In this document: positions 45,521 through 54,829 of the stretch, in pieces
Layout of the letters: every line of letters starts with the position of its first letter
Position numbering within the stretch: the stretch's first letter is position 1
Source: Planctomycetes bacterium GWF2_41_51
GTDB taxonomy: Bacteria; Planctomycetota; Phycisphaerae; Sedimentisphaerales; UBA12454
Direction: 5' to 3'
Length of the DNA stretch: 64,000 bases
NCBI GenBank assembly: GCA_001825665.1
Contig: MHXZ01000112.1
Span: 18,994-82,993 of the forward strand
Position numbers and translations under genes: made by a program
The notes under the pieces: generated by a model
What the model saw: only the letters and a program-made list of their open reading frames with translations
Databases searched by the model: none
Told to the model about the DNA's origin: nothing

Positions 45521-45940
45521 ATGAATATAGAAACAATTTACAAAACGATAAAATTAAAAGGTAAACGCCTGTCAAAGGTTCGAAAGGCGATTATCGGGAT
45601 TCTGCATCAATCGCCCTGCCTGCTTTCGACTTCCGAGATTTTATCGTGTTTGAAATCGCATAAAATTGAGCCTAACAGGTCAACGATGTACCGGGAGCTG
45701 ATGTTCCTGGCAAAAAATAATATCGTCATAAAAAATACCATCGGCCATAAAGATTTTTTTGAGCTGCCGACAGACCATCATCATCACCTGGTATGCACCA
45801 ACTGCAATGCGATAAAAAAAGTAGTTATCGGCAGACATCTTCACAAACAGGAAAAACAACTGGAAAAAGAAAACGGTTTTGTAATCAAAAGCCATTCAAT
45901 CGAATTTTACGGCCTTTGCCGGGATTGCAGGACGGAATAA
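45521..45940 (+). CDS. zur: Fur-family metalloregulator, probably Zur
   Basis: Winged-helix N-domain (STMYRELMFLAKNNIV), then HHHHLVCTNCNAIKKV...GLCRDC (two CxxC pairs). It heads a znuACB operon. The start is set at the ATG at 45521. Confidence 0.75.
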   Translation: MNIETIYKTIKLKGKRLSKVRKAIIGILHQSPCLLSTSEILSCLKSHKIEPNRSTMYRELMFLAKNNIVIKNTIGHKDFFELPTDHHHHLVCTNCNAIKKVVIGRHLHKQEKQLEKENGFVIKSHSIEFYGLCRDCRTE

Positions 45941-45942
45941 TA

Positions 45943-46893
45943 ATGAAGAAAATTTTATTTTTCTGGATTACAGTAATTATACTTCTGCTGGCAATGTTCG
46001 CATCGGTAAAGTTCGGGCAGAAATCCCGACCAGACGACGGCAAACTCACTGTCATTACGACTCTGTTTCCATTGTATGATTTTTCCAAAAATATCGGCGG
46101 AGATAAAGTGAACGTTTCACTGCTGCTTCCGCCGGGTGTTGAGCCGCATTCATTCGAGCCGAAGCCAAGCGATATTGCTAAAATAGGCGGTGCGGATGTT
46201 TTCGTCTTTACCGGTGAATTTATGGAGCCATGGGCGCACAATATCATACGCGGAACTTCAAATGCGAAAATCGGCGTTGTCGATGCAAGCGCAGAAGTAA
46301 AAATGATATCGATGGAAGAGCGTCATGAATGCGACGAACATCACGAACATGAAAATCAGGATGGTATAGATCCTCATATCTGGCTCGATTTCGACAATGT
46401 GAAAATCATCGTCGATAACATCACAAATGCGTTTTGCGAAAAAGACCCCGCAAACGCGGATTACTACAAGCAAAATGCAGATGAATACAAAAATAAAATT
46501 AACGAATTAGACAACGAATATAGAACTGCACTGGCAAATTGCCGAACACGCACGATAGTTTACGGCGGACATTACGCATTCGGCTATATGGCACATCGAT
46601 ACGAATTGCAGTATAGGGCGGCACAAGGCCTATCGCCTGACGCCGAGCCAAGCGCGCAGGATATTATCGCACTCATCGAACAAATCAGGGAAAATAATAT
46701 TCACTCTATTTTTTATGAAGAATTGACAAATCCTAAAATCGCTGAGACTATCGCAGCCGAAACGAACGCTAAAATGCTGGCTCTCAACGATGCGGCCAAT
46801 GTCAGCAGAAAAGATATCGAAAACAATACTTCGTTTATTTCGATTATGGAAAATAATTTGAAAAATTTTAAAACCGGTCTCGAATGTAACTAA
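45943..46893 (+). CDS. znuA: Zinc ABC transporter substrate-binding protein
   Basis: Signal/TM anchor MKKILFFWITVIILLLAMFASV. DPHIWLD motif. A His/Asp/Glu-rich loop ERHECDEHHEHENQDG. The start is set at 45943; the track start at 45793 overlaps zur. Confidence 0.8.
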   Translation: MKKILFFWITVIILLLAMFASVKFGQKSRPDDGKLTVITTLFPLYDFSKNIGGDKVNVSLLLPPGVEPHSFEPKPSDIAKIGGADVFVFTGEFMEPWAHNIIRGTSNAKIGVVDASAEVKMISMEERHECDEHHEHENQDGIDPHIWLDFDNVKIIVDNITNAFCEKDPANADYYKQNADEYKNKINELDNEYRTALANCRTRTIVYGGHYAFGYMAHRYELQYRAAQGLSPDAEPSAQDIIALIEQIRENNIHSIFYEELTNPKIAETIAAETNAKMLALNDAANVSRKDIENNTSFISIMENNLKNFKTGLECN

Positions 46894-46896
46894 TAG

Positions 46897-47712
46897 ATGG
46901 CAATTATTGATATAAAAAATGTTTCAGTATCCTATAACAGCCACGAAGCGCTGAAAGATATTTCGTGCAAAGTAGAAACGGGCGACTTTATCGGCTTTGT
47001 CGGGCCAAACGGTGCGGGAAAGACCACGCTCATAAAAGCGATATTCGGACTTGTGCCGGTAAAGGAAGGGAATATAGAACTTTTCGGCACCCCCGCGAAA
47101 AAATTCACGAACTGGGATAAAATCGGTTATCTGCCGCAGCAATCAACTTCCATTAATCCGCTTTTTCCGGCAAATGTTCGTGAAGTTGTTCTGCTCGGTT
47201 TACTGTCCCGAAAAAAATGGCCGAGAAAAATTACCAGGCATGACCGGACAAAAGTCGATGAAATTGCCGAAAAGCTGAAAATCGGGCATCTGAAGAAAAG
47301 AATGTTCAGCGAACTGTCCGGCGGACAGCAGCAAAAGGTTCTGCTTGCCCGCTGTCTTGTTTCGGAACCGCAGCTTTTGATTTTCGACGAGCCTTCAACC
47401 GCACTCGACCCGGATTCAAGAGAATCATTTTTCGAGCTGATAAAGGATTTGAATATAAAAAGCAAAATCGCCGTGATACTTATCACCCACGATACCGGAT
47501 ATGTCGGAAGATTTGCGGAGAAATTATTGTATCTCGATAAAAATCTGATTTTCTTCGGGAAATTCTCAGACTTCTGCAAATCTGAAAAGATGGGCCTTTA
47601 TTTCGGAGAACATCATCAGCATATAATCTGTCATCAGCACCATGATGCCAGCGACAAACATCATCATACACACTATCCTCCGCACGATGCCATAGAAGGC
47701 GAAAAAATATGA
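46897..47712 (+). CDS. znuC: Zinc ABC transporter ATPase with a His-rich C-terminal tail
   Basis: Walker A GPNGAGKTT, signature LSGGQQQKVLLAR and Walker B LLIFDEP. The tail reads GEHHQHIICHQHHDASDKHHHTHYPPHD. Confidence 0.85.
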   Translation: MAIIDIKNVSVSYNSHEALKDISCKVETGDFIGFVGPNGAGKTTLIKAIFGLVPVKEGNIELFGTPAKKFTNWDKIGYLPQQSTSINPLFPANVREVVLLGLLSRKKWPRKITRHDRTKVDEIAEKLKIGHLKKRMFSELSGGQQQKVLLARCLVSEPQLLIFDEPSTALDPDSRESFFELIKDLNIKSKIAVILITHDTGYVGRFAEKLLYLDKNLIFFGKFSDFCKSEKMGLYFGEHHQHIICHQHHDASDKHHHTHYPPHDAIEGEKI

Positions 47713-48515
47713 ACCTGATAAGTTTTTTACAGTACACGTTCATTCAAAAAGCCTTCTTGGCCGGTGCTTTTATCTCTGTTACCTGCGCAGCTTTGGGAAT
47801 GTTTCTGGTACTTCGCAAGATGTCGCTAATCAGCGACGGTCTTTCACATCTTAGTTTCGGTGCGATAGCGGTAGGTCTTTTCTTCGGCGTTTATCCTTAC
47901 TATATCGCTGTGCCGCTTGTCATGGCGGGTTCATATTTAATTTTGAAAATCACCGAAAAAGCGAAAGTTTACGGCGACGCATCAATCGGCATTGTTTCGG
48001 CGGTCGGCATCGCAGGCGGCGTGATTATCGCGAGTCTTTCGAAAGGATTTAACGTTGACCTGTTCAGTTATCTTTTCGGAAGCATTCTCTCTATCCGAAC
48101 GGTCGAGGTATTTTTATCCCTTCTGCTGTCATTGACTGTACTTACGATTTTATATTTTTATTATTGGGATTTATTTTCAGCAACGTTCGATGTTGAATAT
48201 GCAAAAACAACCGGCATTAAGACAAACAAAATAAATGTAATTCTCACTTTGCTGACATCACTTGTCGTTGTGCTTTCAGTAAAAGTCGTAGGCGTACTTC
48301 TCGTATCGGCTCTTATGATTCTGCCCGCGGCTGCCGCTCTGCAAATCGCCAATGGATTCCGCTCGGCTATCTTTATCGGGTGCTGTTTTTCGCTTATTTC
48401 GGTTTTGGCTGGCATTACATTTTCATTCTTCCTCGATTTGCCGACCGGAGCAACGATTGTGATGATTAACGCGATTATTTTCGCCCTCGCCCTGCTCTAT
48501 AAAAAAATAAGCTGA
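47709..48515 (+). CDS. znuB: Zinc ABC transporter permease
   Basis: ABC-3 family polytopic permease. It overlaps znuC by 4 nt. Confidence 0.85.
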   Translation: MNLISFLQYTFIQKAFLAGAFISVTCAALGMFLVLRKMSLISDGLSHLSFGAIAVGLFFGVYPYYIAVPLVMAGSYLILKITEKAKVYGDASIGIVSAVGIAGGVIIASLSKGFNVDLFSYLFGSILSIRTVEVFLSLLLSLTVLTILYFYYWDLFSATFDVEYAKTTGIKTNKINVILTLLTSLVVVLSVKVVGVLLVSALMILPAAAALQIANGFRSAIFIGCCFSLISVLAGITFSFFLDLPTGATIVMINAIIFALALLYKKIS

Positions 48516-48584
48516 TTACTTTGTAATTGCCGTAGGTAGATTTTTTCTTTTTGCCTTTTTCTTTATTTATCTTATAATTATTTT

Positions 48585-48902
48585 ATGGTAGATTTTAATG
48601 ACATTCAGGCATTAGCGAACAGAATCGTGGAGCTTTTTCATCCTCACCGTATTATTTTATTTGGTTCGTATGCCGCCGGTAATGCAAACAAGGATTCAGA
48701 CGTTGATTTACTTGTTGTATTGCCATTCGAGGGCAAGAATTTTTACAAATCTCTGGAAATCGTCAATGCTGTTAATCCTATGTTTAGTACGGATATTTTG
48801 GCGAGAAAACCTGAGGATACGCAATGGCGTTATCGTAATGGCGACCCCCTGATAAAAGATGCCATTGACCGCGGGAGAGTTTTATATGAACAAAATTATT
48901 GA
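48585..48902 (+). CDS. mntA: MntA-type nucleotidyltransferase (type VII antitoxin-like)
   Basis: LFGSYAAGNANKDSDVDLLVV, the G-S-x(n)-D-x-D minimal nucleotidyltransferase motif. Confidence 0.75.
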   Translation: MVDFNDIQALANRIVELFHPHRIILFGSYAAGNANKDSDVDLLVVLPFEGKNFYKSLEIVNAVNPMFSTDILARKPEDTQWRYRNGDPLIKDAIDRGRVLYEQNY

Positions 48903-49266
48903 AGAATGGATTCGAAAAGCCGATGCTGATTATGCCACTGCATCTCGTGAAATGTCGGTAAGAGAAGACACAAACTTCGACGCTATCTGTTTTCACTCAC
49001 AGCAATGTATTGAAAAATTAATGAAAGCTCTGCTTATCAAAAATGGCCAAACGCCTCCAAAGATTCATGATTTATTTCATTTAAGTCTCTTGCTTTCTCC
49101 TGTCTGCAAAAAATGGTCTTGCCGTCATGAAGATTTGCGGTATTTGACTCGTGCATCAGTTGATTTTCGTTATCCTGGCGAATCCGCCGATAAAGATGAA
49201 GCCGCACACGCTCTTGAAATCTGCTCAAACCTGCGAACCGTTCTCCATCAACTCTTGTCTGAATAG
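48886..49266 (+). CDS. hepT: HEPN domain protein (HepT-like toxin)
   Basis: All-helical, about 126 aa, with a C-terminal R-x4-H-like region (DFRYPGES...AAHALE). It overlaps mntA by 17 nt. GGGAGAG lies upstream of the ATG at 48886. Confidence 0.65.
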   Translation: MNKIIEEWIRKADADYATASREMSVREDTNFDAICFHSQQCIEKLMKALLIKNGQTPPKIHDLFHLSLLLSPVCKKWSCRHEDLRYLTRASVDFRYPGESADKDEAAHALEICSNLRTVLHQLLSE

Positions 49267-49274
49267 ACGAATTT

Positions 49275-49303
49275 TCAAATCTTCAATCTTCAATTTTAAA
49301 TTT
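49275..49303 (+). repeat. AATCTTCAAT word repeat (tcaaatcttcaatcttcaattttaaattt)
   Basis: It shares AAATCTTCAAT[C/T]TTCAAT with 61951-61993. Confidence 0.6.
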
Positions 49304-50393
49304 ATTTAATCATCTCCAAACAATACCTGTCCGTCATACCAGACACATAATCGCAGACCGTTCTTTCAAGTCCGAATTCGTTTATAAGGTTCTGATAAAA
49401 CTTTGGCATCAGTTCGGGGTTATTTTTAAATTTATCAAAAACTTTAGCCAGCCATTCTTTCGCTTGCGACGAAACATCTTTGACGAGCGGATTATCATAC
49501 ATATTTTTCAGCAGAAATATCTCAAGCTGACGCAGACCCGCTTCGGCCGAATCGCTGATAGTTATAAGATTATCGCTTCTTTCGAGAACCTGCCCGATAG
49601 TACCGATATGTTTATTTTCAATCACTGCCCTGCTTGTTTCAATGCAGTCGCCGACGAGCATATCGATTATCGTTTTTGCGATTCGAGTATATTTAATCAC
49701 TCCGCCGCTGACAACTTTCGATTCACATATTTCGATAGCCTTTCGGCACAATTCAACATTTTGAATCATTTCATAACTCAAAACCCTCGAGCGAAGCCCG
49801 TCCTCAAGGTCATGGCAGTTATAAGCGATTCTGTCTGCGAGGTCAGCAATCTGGCCTTCGAGCGAACAGTTTTTTTCGGTAAAACTTTTATTCCTAAGCG
49901 GATTATCAAAATGCGTTTTATGCTTGGCAAGAGCGAGCCTCGTTTCATACATAAGATTAAGGCCGATGAAATCAGGATAAGGCCTTTCGAAGAGTTCAAC
50001 AATCCGCATAGTTTGATAATTATGTTCGAACCCGCCGAAATTTTTCATAAGTTCATTCAGTGCCGCTTCACCGCTGTGACCGAATGGACTATGGCCGAGG
50101 TCATGCGCAAGACAAACCGCTTCAGTCAGGGCTTCATTAAGGCCGAGAACTTTCGCGATTGTTCTGCCGATTTGCGATACTTCGATGCTGTGCGTCAGGC
50201 GTGTACGGTACTGGTCGTTAATCTGCGGCATAAAAACCTGTGTTTTGCCTTCGAGCCGGCGGAACGCAGATGTATGAATGATCCTGTCTCTGTCGCGCTC
50301 AAATGCTGCGCGATAAGAATGAGCAGGTTCTTTAAACTGTCTGCCTTTACTGTTTGTTTCCGTTACCGCGTATGGTTTTAAAGCATCGGACAT
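49302..50393 (-). CDS. dgt: dGTP triphosphohydrolase-like HD-domain protein
   Basis: RTRLTHSIEVSQIGRTIA and AHDLGHSPFGHSGE motifs. Confidence 0.8.
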   Translation of the reverse strand: MSDALKPYAVTETNSKGRQFKEPAHSYRAAFERDRDRIIHTSAFRRLEGKTQVFMPQINDQYRTRLTHSIEVSQIGRTIAKVLGLNEALTEAVCLAHDLGHSPFGHSGEAALNELMKNFGGFEHNYQTMRIVELFERPYPDFIGLNLMYETRLALAKHKTHFDNPLRNKSFTEKNCSLEGQIADLADRIAYNCHDLEDGLRSRVLSYEMIQNVELCRKAIEICESKVVSGGVIKYTRIAKTIIDMLVGDCIETSRAVIENKHIGTIGQVLERSDNLITISDSAEAGLRQLEIFLLKNMYDNPLVKDVSSQAKEWLAKVFDKFKNNPELMPKFYQNLINEFGLERTVCDYVSGMTDRYCLEMIK

Positions 50394-50395
50394 TA

Positions 50396-50905
50396 TTAAA
50401 TTCCGGGGAGATTATTTTTTTCACTGACATCTTTCAGCTGCTGATAAAGGTCTTTCAAAGTTTGACTTATCACGTTGGTGTCGGCGCAGACTTCCATAAA
50501 ATTGGTATCGCCGTCCCATCTCGGTACGATATGGATATGCAGATGTTCCGGCAGCCCCGCTCCTGAACTTCGGCCTAAATTTATGCCGACATTAAATCCG
50601 TGCGGATTTATTGCGAGCCTCAATACTTTTTGGCAGGCAATCATCAGCTTTGAGATTTCAAGAAGTTCGCTGTCGTTCAATTCTTCCAATTCAGCGACAT
50701 GCCTGACTGGGCACAGAAGGAGATGGCCATTGTTATATGGGAATCGATTAAAAATTACGATGGATTGTTTTGTCCGCCAAAGCACGAAATTATCCGCGTC
50801 CGATTGAGGATTATTTACATTATGACAGATAAAGCATTCGTGTTTTTCAGTTAAACCTTTTATATACCCCAGTCTCCATGGAGCCCAGAGATTATTTCGC
50901 TTCAA
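50396..50905 (-). CDS. HIT family nucleotide hydrolase/transferase (Ap4A phosphorylase-like)
   Basis: LWAPWRLGYI N-terminus and the histidine triad PEHLHIHIVPRW. It lies 2 nt upstream of dgt. Confidence 0.8.
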   Translation of the reverse strand: MKRNNLWAPWRLGYIKGLTEKHECFICHNVNNPQSDADNFVLWRTKQSIVIFNRFPYNNGHLLLCPVRHVAELEELNDSELLEISKLMIACQKVLRLAINPHGFNVGINLGRSSGAGLPEHLHIHIVPRWDGDTNFMEVCADTNVISQTLKDLYQQLKDVSEKNNLPGI

Positions 50906-50944
50906 TTAAAACTCCCGAATCAAGAAGGATTTTAAAATATAAAT

Positions 50945-51970
50945 TTATTCAACCAGCTTCATAGTGATTGTCTGGTCTATTTCAATATTGGGGGTAAGTT
51001 CATCGCTGCCGAGACCCATAATTGAAGCGCTAACCGCTGCTTTATAATTCTGAATATCGCTGACAATCATACCTTTGTCTATGTTAAAAATCTGTGTGCC
51101 TTTACCTTCGAGTGAAAGCACTTTATAGCCCTGCAGAAAACCAAACATTCCCTTCATCTGGAACGACCCGCTGTATGGCAGCGGCGCCTCGGCCGGGGTT
51201 CGGCTTAAAGTATAGACGCTCTCGATTTCAGCAAGGGTACCGGTTTCAGTTTGTTTCACGCCGGCAAGACTGTAATCGACATCACGTGCGATTTTTGAAA
51301 CGTAGGGCATCGGAGCGATAAGTTTCGAGTTCCATTTGCTTTTAGCCGTCAAACCTTTTGCAGGATTTTTTATAGCTGCGACTGTATCCCATATATTCCA
51401 CTGTGTCGCGAGGAAATCCATAATCATATCAGGATTTTTAACTTTGCCTCTTTTGCCGTCTCCGCCGCTGAATGCTTTTTCGCCAAGCTCTTTAGAAATT
51501 TTTTCTAAAGAACTGTAATCAACTATTTTGCCGGTCGGAGAAATGCTTAATGTAAAACTCTTGCCAACGAGACTTTCAACTGCGTCAGTTTTGTCCTGCC
51601 CTCTTCCTGAACCAACCCTTGTAACTTTCGCTGAACGGCAGGTTGCTTCGATAGTAGAAACGCCGAGGGGGTCTAATTTTACAGGTTTGTATGCAATCTG
51701 CATTTCAAGTTTTTCAGATTGCGACTGTTCTTTGCCGTCTTTTTTTCCCTTCGAGTACTTGCCCGATGGGTCGAGATTAATCGTCATTGTTCTTTCGCTG
51801 ACGAAATTATACACAACCTCTGTATCCGGCTGGAAATCTACGCTTAACAGCACAGCCTCTTTTAAATCAACAGCTTTAGATTTCTGTTGTTTTTCCTGCT
51901 GCTGTTGACAACCCAAAAAACAAATAGCTGCTGACGCCAAAATCAAACTTGCAAAAATCCATTTCTTCAT
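50945..51970 (-). CDS. Lipoprotein, uncharacterised (paralog A)
   Basis: Lipobox ICFLG|C. Colinear similarity to the neighbouring gene (LVGKSFTLSISPTGKIV vs LIGASYKIKISPKGAVE; VYTLSRT vs VYTLTDI). Confidence 0.65.
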   Translation of the reverse strand: MKKWIFASLILASAAICFLGCQQQQEKQQKSKAVDLKEAVLLSVDFQPDTEVVYNFVSERTMTINLDPSGKYSKGKKDGKEQSQSEKLEMQIAYKPVKLDPLGVSTIEATCRSAKVTRVGSGRGQDKTDAVESLVGKSFTLSISPTGKIVDYSSLEKISKELGEKAFSGGDGKRGKVKNPDMIMDFLATQWNIWDTVAAIKNPAKGLTAKSKWNSKLIAPMPYVSKIARDVDYSLAGVKQTETGTLAEIESVYTLSRTPAEAPLPYSGSFQMKGMFGFLQGYKVLSLEGKGTQIFNIDKGMIVSDIQNYKAAVSASIMGLGSDELTPNIEIDQTITMKLVE

Positions 51971-51999
51971 AATTTTACCCGCAATCCGTTAAAGTTAAA

Positions 52000-52953
52000 T
52001 TAATCTACTTTTTCAATACTGTAATTATATGTAAAGCCCATAGTGAGCTGGTCTGGCCCTTTGTCGCTTTTCTGTTCTTCAGATGTTTCAGCCGCGACCC
52101 ACTGTGCCTTTAATGTTTCGTCATAACTGAGAATAGTGCCGGTAGTCAAATTGATAATCATTTTGCCGGTGTATTCGTCTTTTTCATCGAACATATTGGC
52201 GAACATACCCATTCCGGCTTCTTTATCGCTTGCGCCTTCGACACGCTTCGAACTCGGAACCGCGTTCATTTCAATAGTCGCAATCTTCTGGTCGTTTTCT
52301 TCTTTTATATCTGTGAGAGTATAAACTTTTTCAAAACTTTTTGACCTGAGCATTCCGGCCGGTGATGCGGTTACAGAACTCCACTTTTCACCCTTTTTAT
52401 AGGAATCTTTTGCATCGAACAGAGCCATGACCTGGTGTCTGCGTGCGATTTCCTCATCGCTCAGCATTCTTGCCGCTGTCTTTTCAGATGCGCCCTGCTT
52501 TACTAATGCCCTTGCCGCCGAAGCATCGACGACCTCTACCGCACCTTTTGGCGAAATTTTTATTTTATAGCTTGCGCCGATAAGTTTCGTCATCGGGTCT
52601 GATTCGTTTGCAGTTGTGCTGTCGAATCCAACCTCTTTGCCCTGCGAATCTGCGGAAGTATATTTCAATTGTTTAATGGTTATGTTCGCTATCGCGTTGC
52701 CCTGCTCATCGACAGATTCTATGCTCTGTGAAAATACCATTTCAACACTGCCGCCGGTGTGGCGTTCTTTTGTCTTGTTAATCGACGGCTGAACAAACTC
52801 ATAATCCTTGGTTGAGCCTGTTACAACTTTATACGTCGTCTCGCTCTTGGGCGAGAGATTGAGCTTCATCTCGGAACTCGGTACGCAGCCTGCAAAAATA
52901 ATCATCACTGCGCAAACACCACAAATAACTGCACAAAGTTTTCCAACTTTCAT
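52000..52953 (-). CDS. Lipoprotein, uncharacterised (paralog B)
   Basis: Lipobox IIFAG|C. Paralogous to 50945-51970. Confidence 0.65.
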   Translation of the reverse strand: MKVGKLCAVICGVCAVMIIFAGCVPSSEMKLNLSPKSETTYKVVTGSTKDYEFVQPSINKTKERHTGGSVEMVFSQSIESVDEQGNAIANITIKQLKYTSADSQGKEVGFDSTTANESDPMTKLIGASYKIKISPKGAVEVVDASAARALVKQGASEKTAARMLSDEEIARRHQVMALFDAKDSYKKGEKWSSVTASPAGMLRSKSFEKVYTLTDIKEENDQKIATIEMNAVPSSKRVEGASDKEAGMGMFANMFDEKDEYTGKMIINLTTGTILSYDETLKAQWVAAETSEEQKSDKGPDQLTMGFTYNYSIEKVD

Positions 52954-53155
52954 CGTTTTCTCCTAAAATCATTCAGGTAAAATAGTTAATCCGTTAAAGA
53001 CCGAACTCGAATTATAACCATTTTAATTTTTAGAGCAATTTTTTTTGCTAAATAAATTTTCTGATTATTGGGATTTATTTCCGGCCGATTTAAGTTTATA
53101 ATACCGGCTGAACTATTTTTATGATTTTACGTAACCTATTCAGGAGCAAATACCT

Positions 53156-54829
53156 ATGAAAAGTGACGCCATTAAGAAAGGCTTTCAGCACGCCCCGCAC
53201 AGGGCATTGCTTAGGGCCTGCGGTCTGAAAGATTCGGACATAAATAAACCTTTTATCGGCATCGCAAACAGCTTTTGCGAAGTCGTTCCCGGCCATAGAC
53301 ACCTGAATATCGTCGCCCAAAAAGTCAAAGACGCTGTCCGCGCAGCAGGCGGAGTTCCTTTCGAATTCAATACTATCGCCATTTGCGACGGCATCGCAAT
53401 GGGACATACAGGTATGAAATATTCGCTGGCATCGCGCGAGATTATCGCTGATTCAGTCGAATCGATGGTTCGCGCTCATTGCTTCGACGGACTTATCTGT
53501 ATCCCCAATTGCGACAAAATCGTTCCAGGAATGTTAATGGCTTCTGTCCGCGTAAATATTCCGACAATCTTCGTCTCCGGCGGACCAATGGCAGCGGGCA
53601 AAGATTCAAAAGGAGAGGCTGTCGATTTGATTTCCGTCTTCGAAGGTGTCGCATCACTAAAGGCAGGGAAGATTGACGAAAAAAGACTTTATGAACTTGA
53701 ATGTTCAGGCTGCCCTTCCCAAGGCAGCTGCTCAGGTATGTTCACCGCCAATAGTATGAACTGCCTCTGCGAAGCAATTGGAATGGCTCTGCCCGGCAAC
53801 GGCACTATACTTGCAATCAGTCCCGAACGCGACAAACTTTACGAAGCCGCCGGCAAACAGATTATCCAGCTTATCAAAAAGGACATCAAACCGCTCGACA
53901 TCATCACGGCCAAATCAATCGATAACGCTTTTGTCCTCGATATGGCAATGGGCGGCTCAACAAATACAGTTCTGCACGCTCTCGCGATTACAAGCGAAGC
54001 GGAAATTAAATACGACCTCGAAAGAATTAATAAAATCAGCCAGAAATGCCCCAACATCTGCAAAGTTTCGCCATCGAGCAAATGGCATGTCGAAGACGTT
54101 CACAATGCCGGCGGCGTAAGCGCGATTTTAAACGAAATAAGCAAACTTGAAGGTATGCTCAATCTCGATTGCATTACCGTAACCGGAAAAACTCTCGGCC
54201 AAAACATCGCAAAATCTAAAATCCAAAACTTTGATTGCATTCACAAACTCGAAAACGCATATTCTAAAACCGGCGGCCTTTCAATCCTCAAAGGCAACCT
54301 CGCGCCGAAAGGCTGTGTTGTCAAAACCGCAGGAGTTGCTGAAAAAATGCTCAAACATACCGGCCCTGCTGTTATTTTCGAAAGCCAGGAAGACGCCTGT
54401 GATGGCATTCTCGCAGGAAAAGTCAAAGCTGGCGACGTCGTCATCATTAGGAACGAAGGCCCGAAAGGCGGCCCCGGAATGCAGGAAATGCTCGCGCCGA
54501 CAAGCTATATCGCAGGTGCAGGCCTTGGCGAATCAGTCGCTCTCATTACCGATGGCAGATTCAGCGGCGGAACCCGCGGCGCATGCATAGGCCACGTCAG
54601 CCCAGAAGCCTCAGTTGGCGGGCCAATCGGTCTATTAAAAAAAGGCGATATTATTGAAATCGACATTCCGAAAAAGAAAATCTCTGTAAAAGTTTCAGAT
54701 GCCGAACTCGCCAAACGCAGAAAAAAATTCGTCGCGCCGAAACCAAGAGTTACTAAAGGCTCTCTTGCTAAGTATGCCTCAATGGCAACAAGCGCAGACA
54801 CCGGCGGCGTCCTGAAATGGGAAAATTAA
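53156..54829 (+). CDS. ilvD: Dihydroxy-acid dehydratase
   Basis: Near-canonical IlvD sequence throughout ([39 protein letters not shown]). Confidence 0.95.
   Translation: MKSDAIKKGFQHAPHRALLRACGLKDSDINKPFIGIANSFCEVVPGHRHLNIVAQKVKDAVRAAGGVPFEFNTIAICDGIAMGHTGMKYSLASREIIADSVESMVRAHCFDGLICIPNCDKIVPGMLMASVRVNIPTIFVSGGPMAAGKDSKGEAVDLISVFEGVASLKAGKIDEKRLYELECSGCPSQGSCSGMFTANSMNCLCEAIGMALPGNGTILAISPERDKLYEAAGKQIIQLIKKDIKPLDIITAKSIDNAFVLDMAMGGSTNTVLHALAITSEAEIKYDLERINKISQKCPNICKVSPSSKWHVEDVHNAGGVSAILNEISKLEGMLNLDCITVTGKTLGQNIAKSKIQNFDCIHKLENAYSKTGGLSILKGNLAPKGCVVKTAGVAEKMLKHTGPAVIFESQEDACDGILAGKVKAGDVVIIRNEGPKGGPGMQEMLAPTSYIAGAGLGESVALITDGRFSGGTRGACIGHVSPEASVGGPIGLLKKGDIIEIDIPKKKISVKVSDAELAKRRKKFVAPKPRVTKGSLAKYASMATSADTGGVLKWEN

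Noticed and set aside
45793-45942. An N-terminal extension of the znuA ORF (track start 45793) overlapping most of the 3' half of zur.
   Set aside because: The extension (MHQLQCDKKSSYRQTSSQTGKTTGKRKRF...) is an out-of-frame read-through of zur. A proper signal/anchor sequence starts at the ATG at 45943, 2 nt after the zur stop.
53097-53102. A TATAAT hexamer upstream of ilvD, considered as a -10 box.
   Set aside because: The best -35 candidate at 17-nt spacing (TTTATT) is weak, and TATAAT is expected by chance in AT-rich spacers. It is not reported as a feature.
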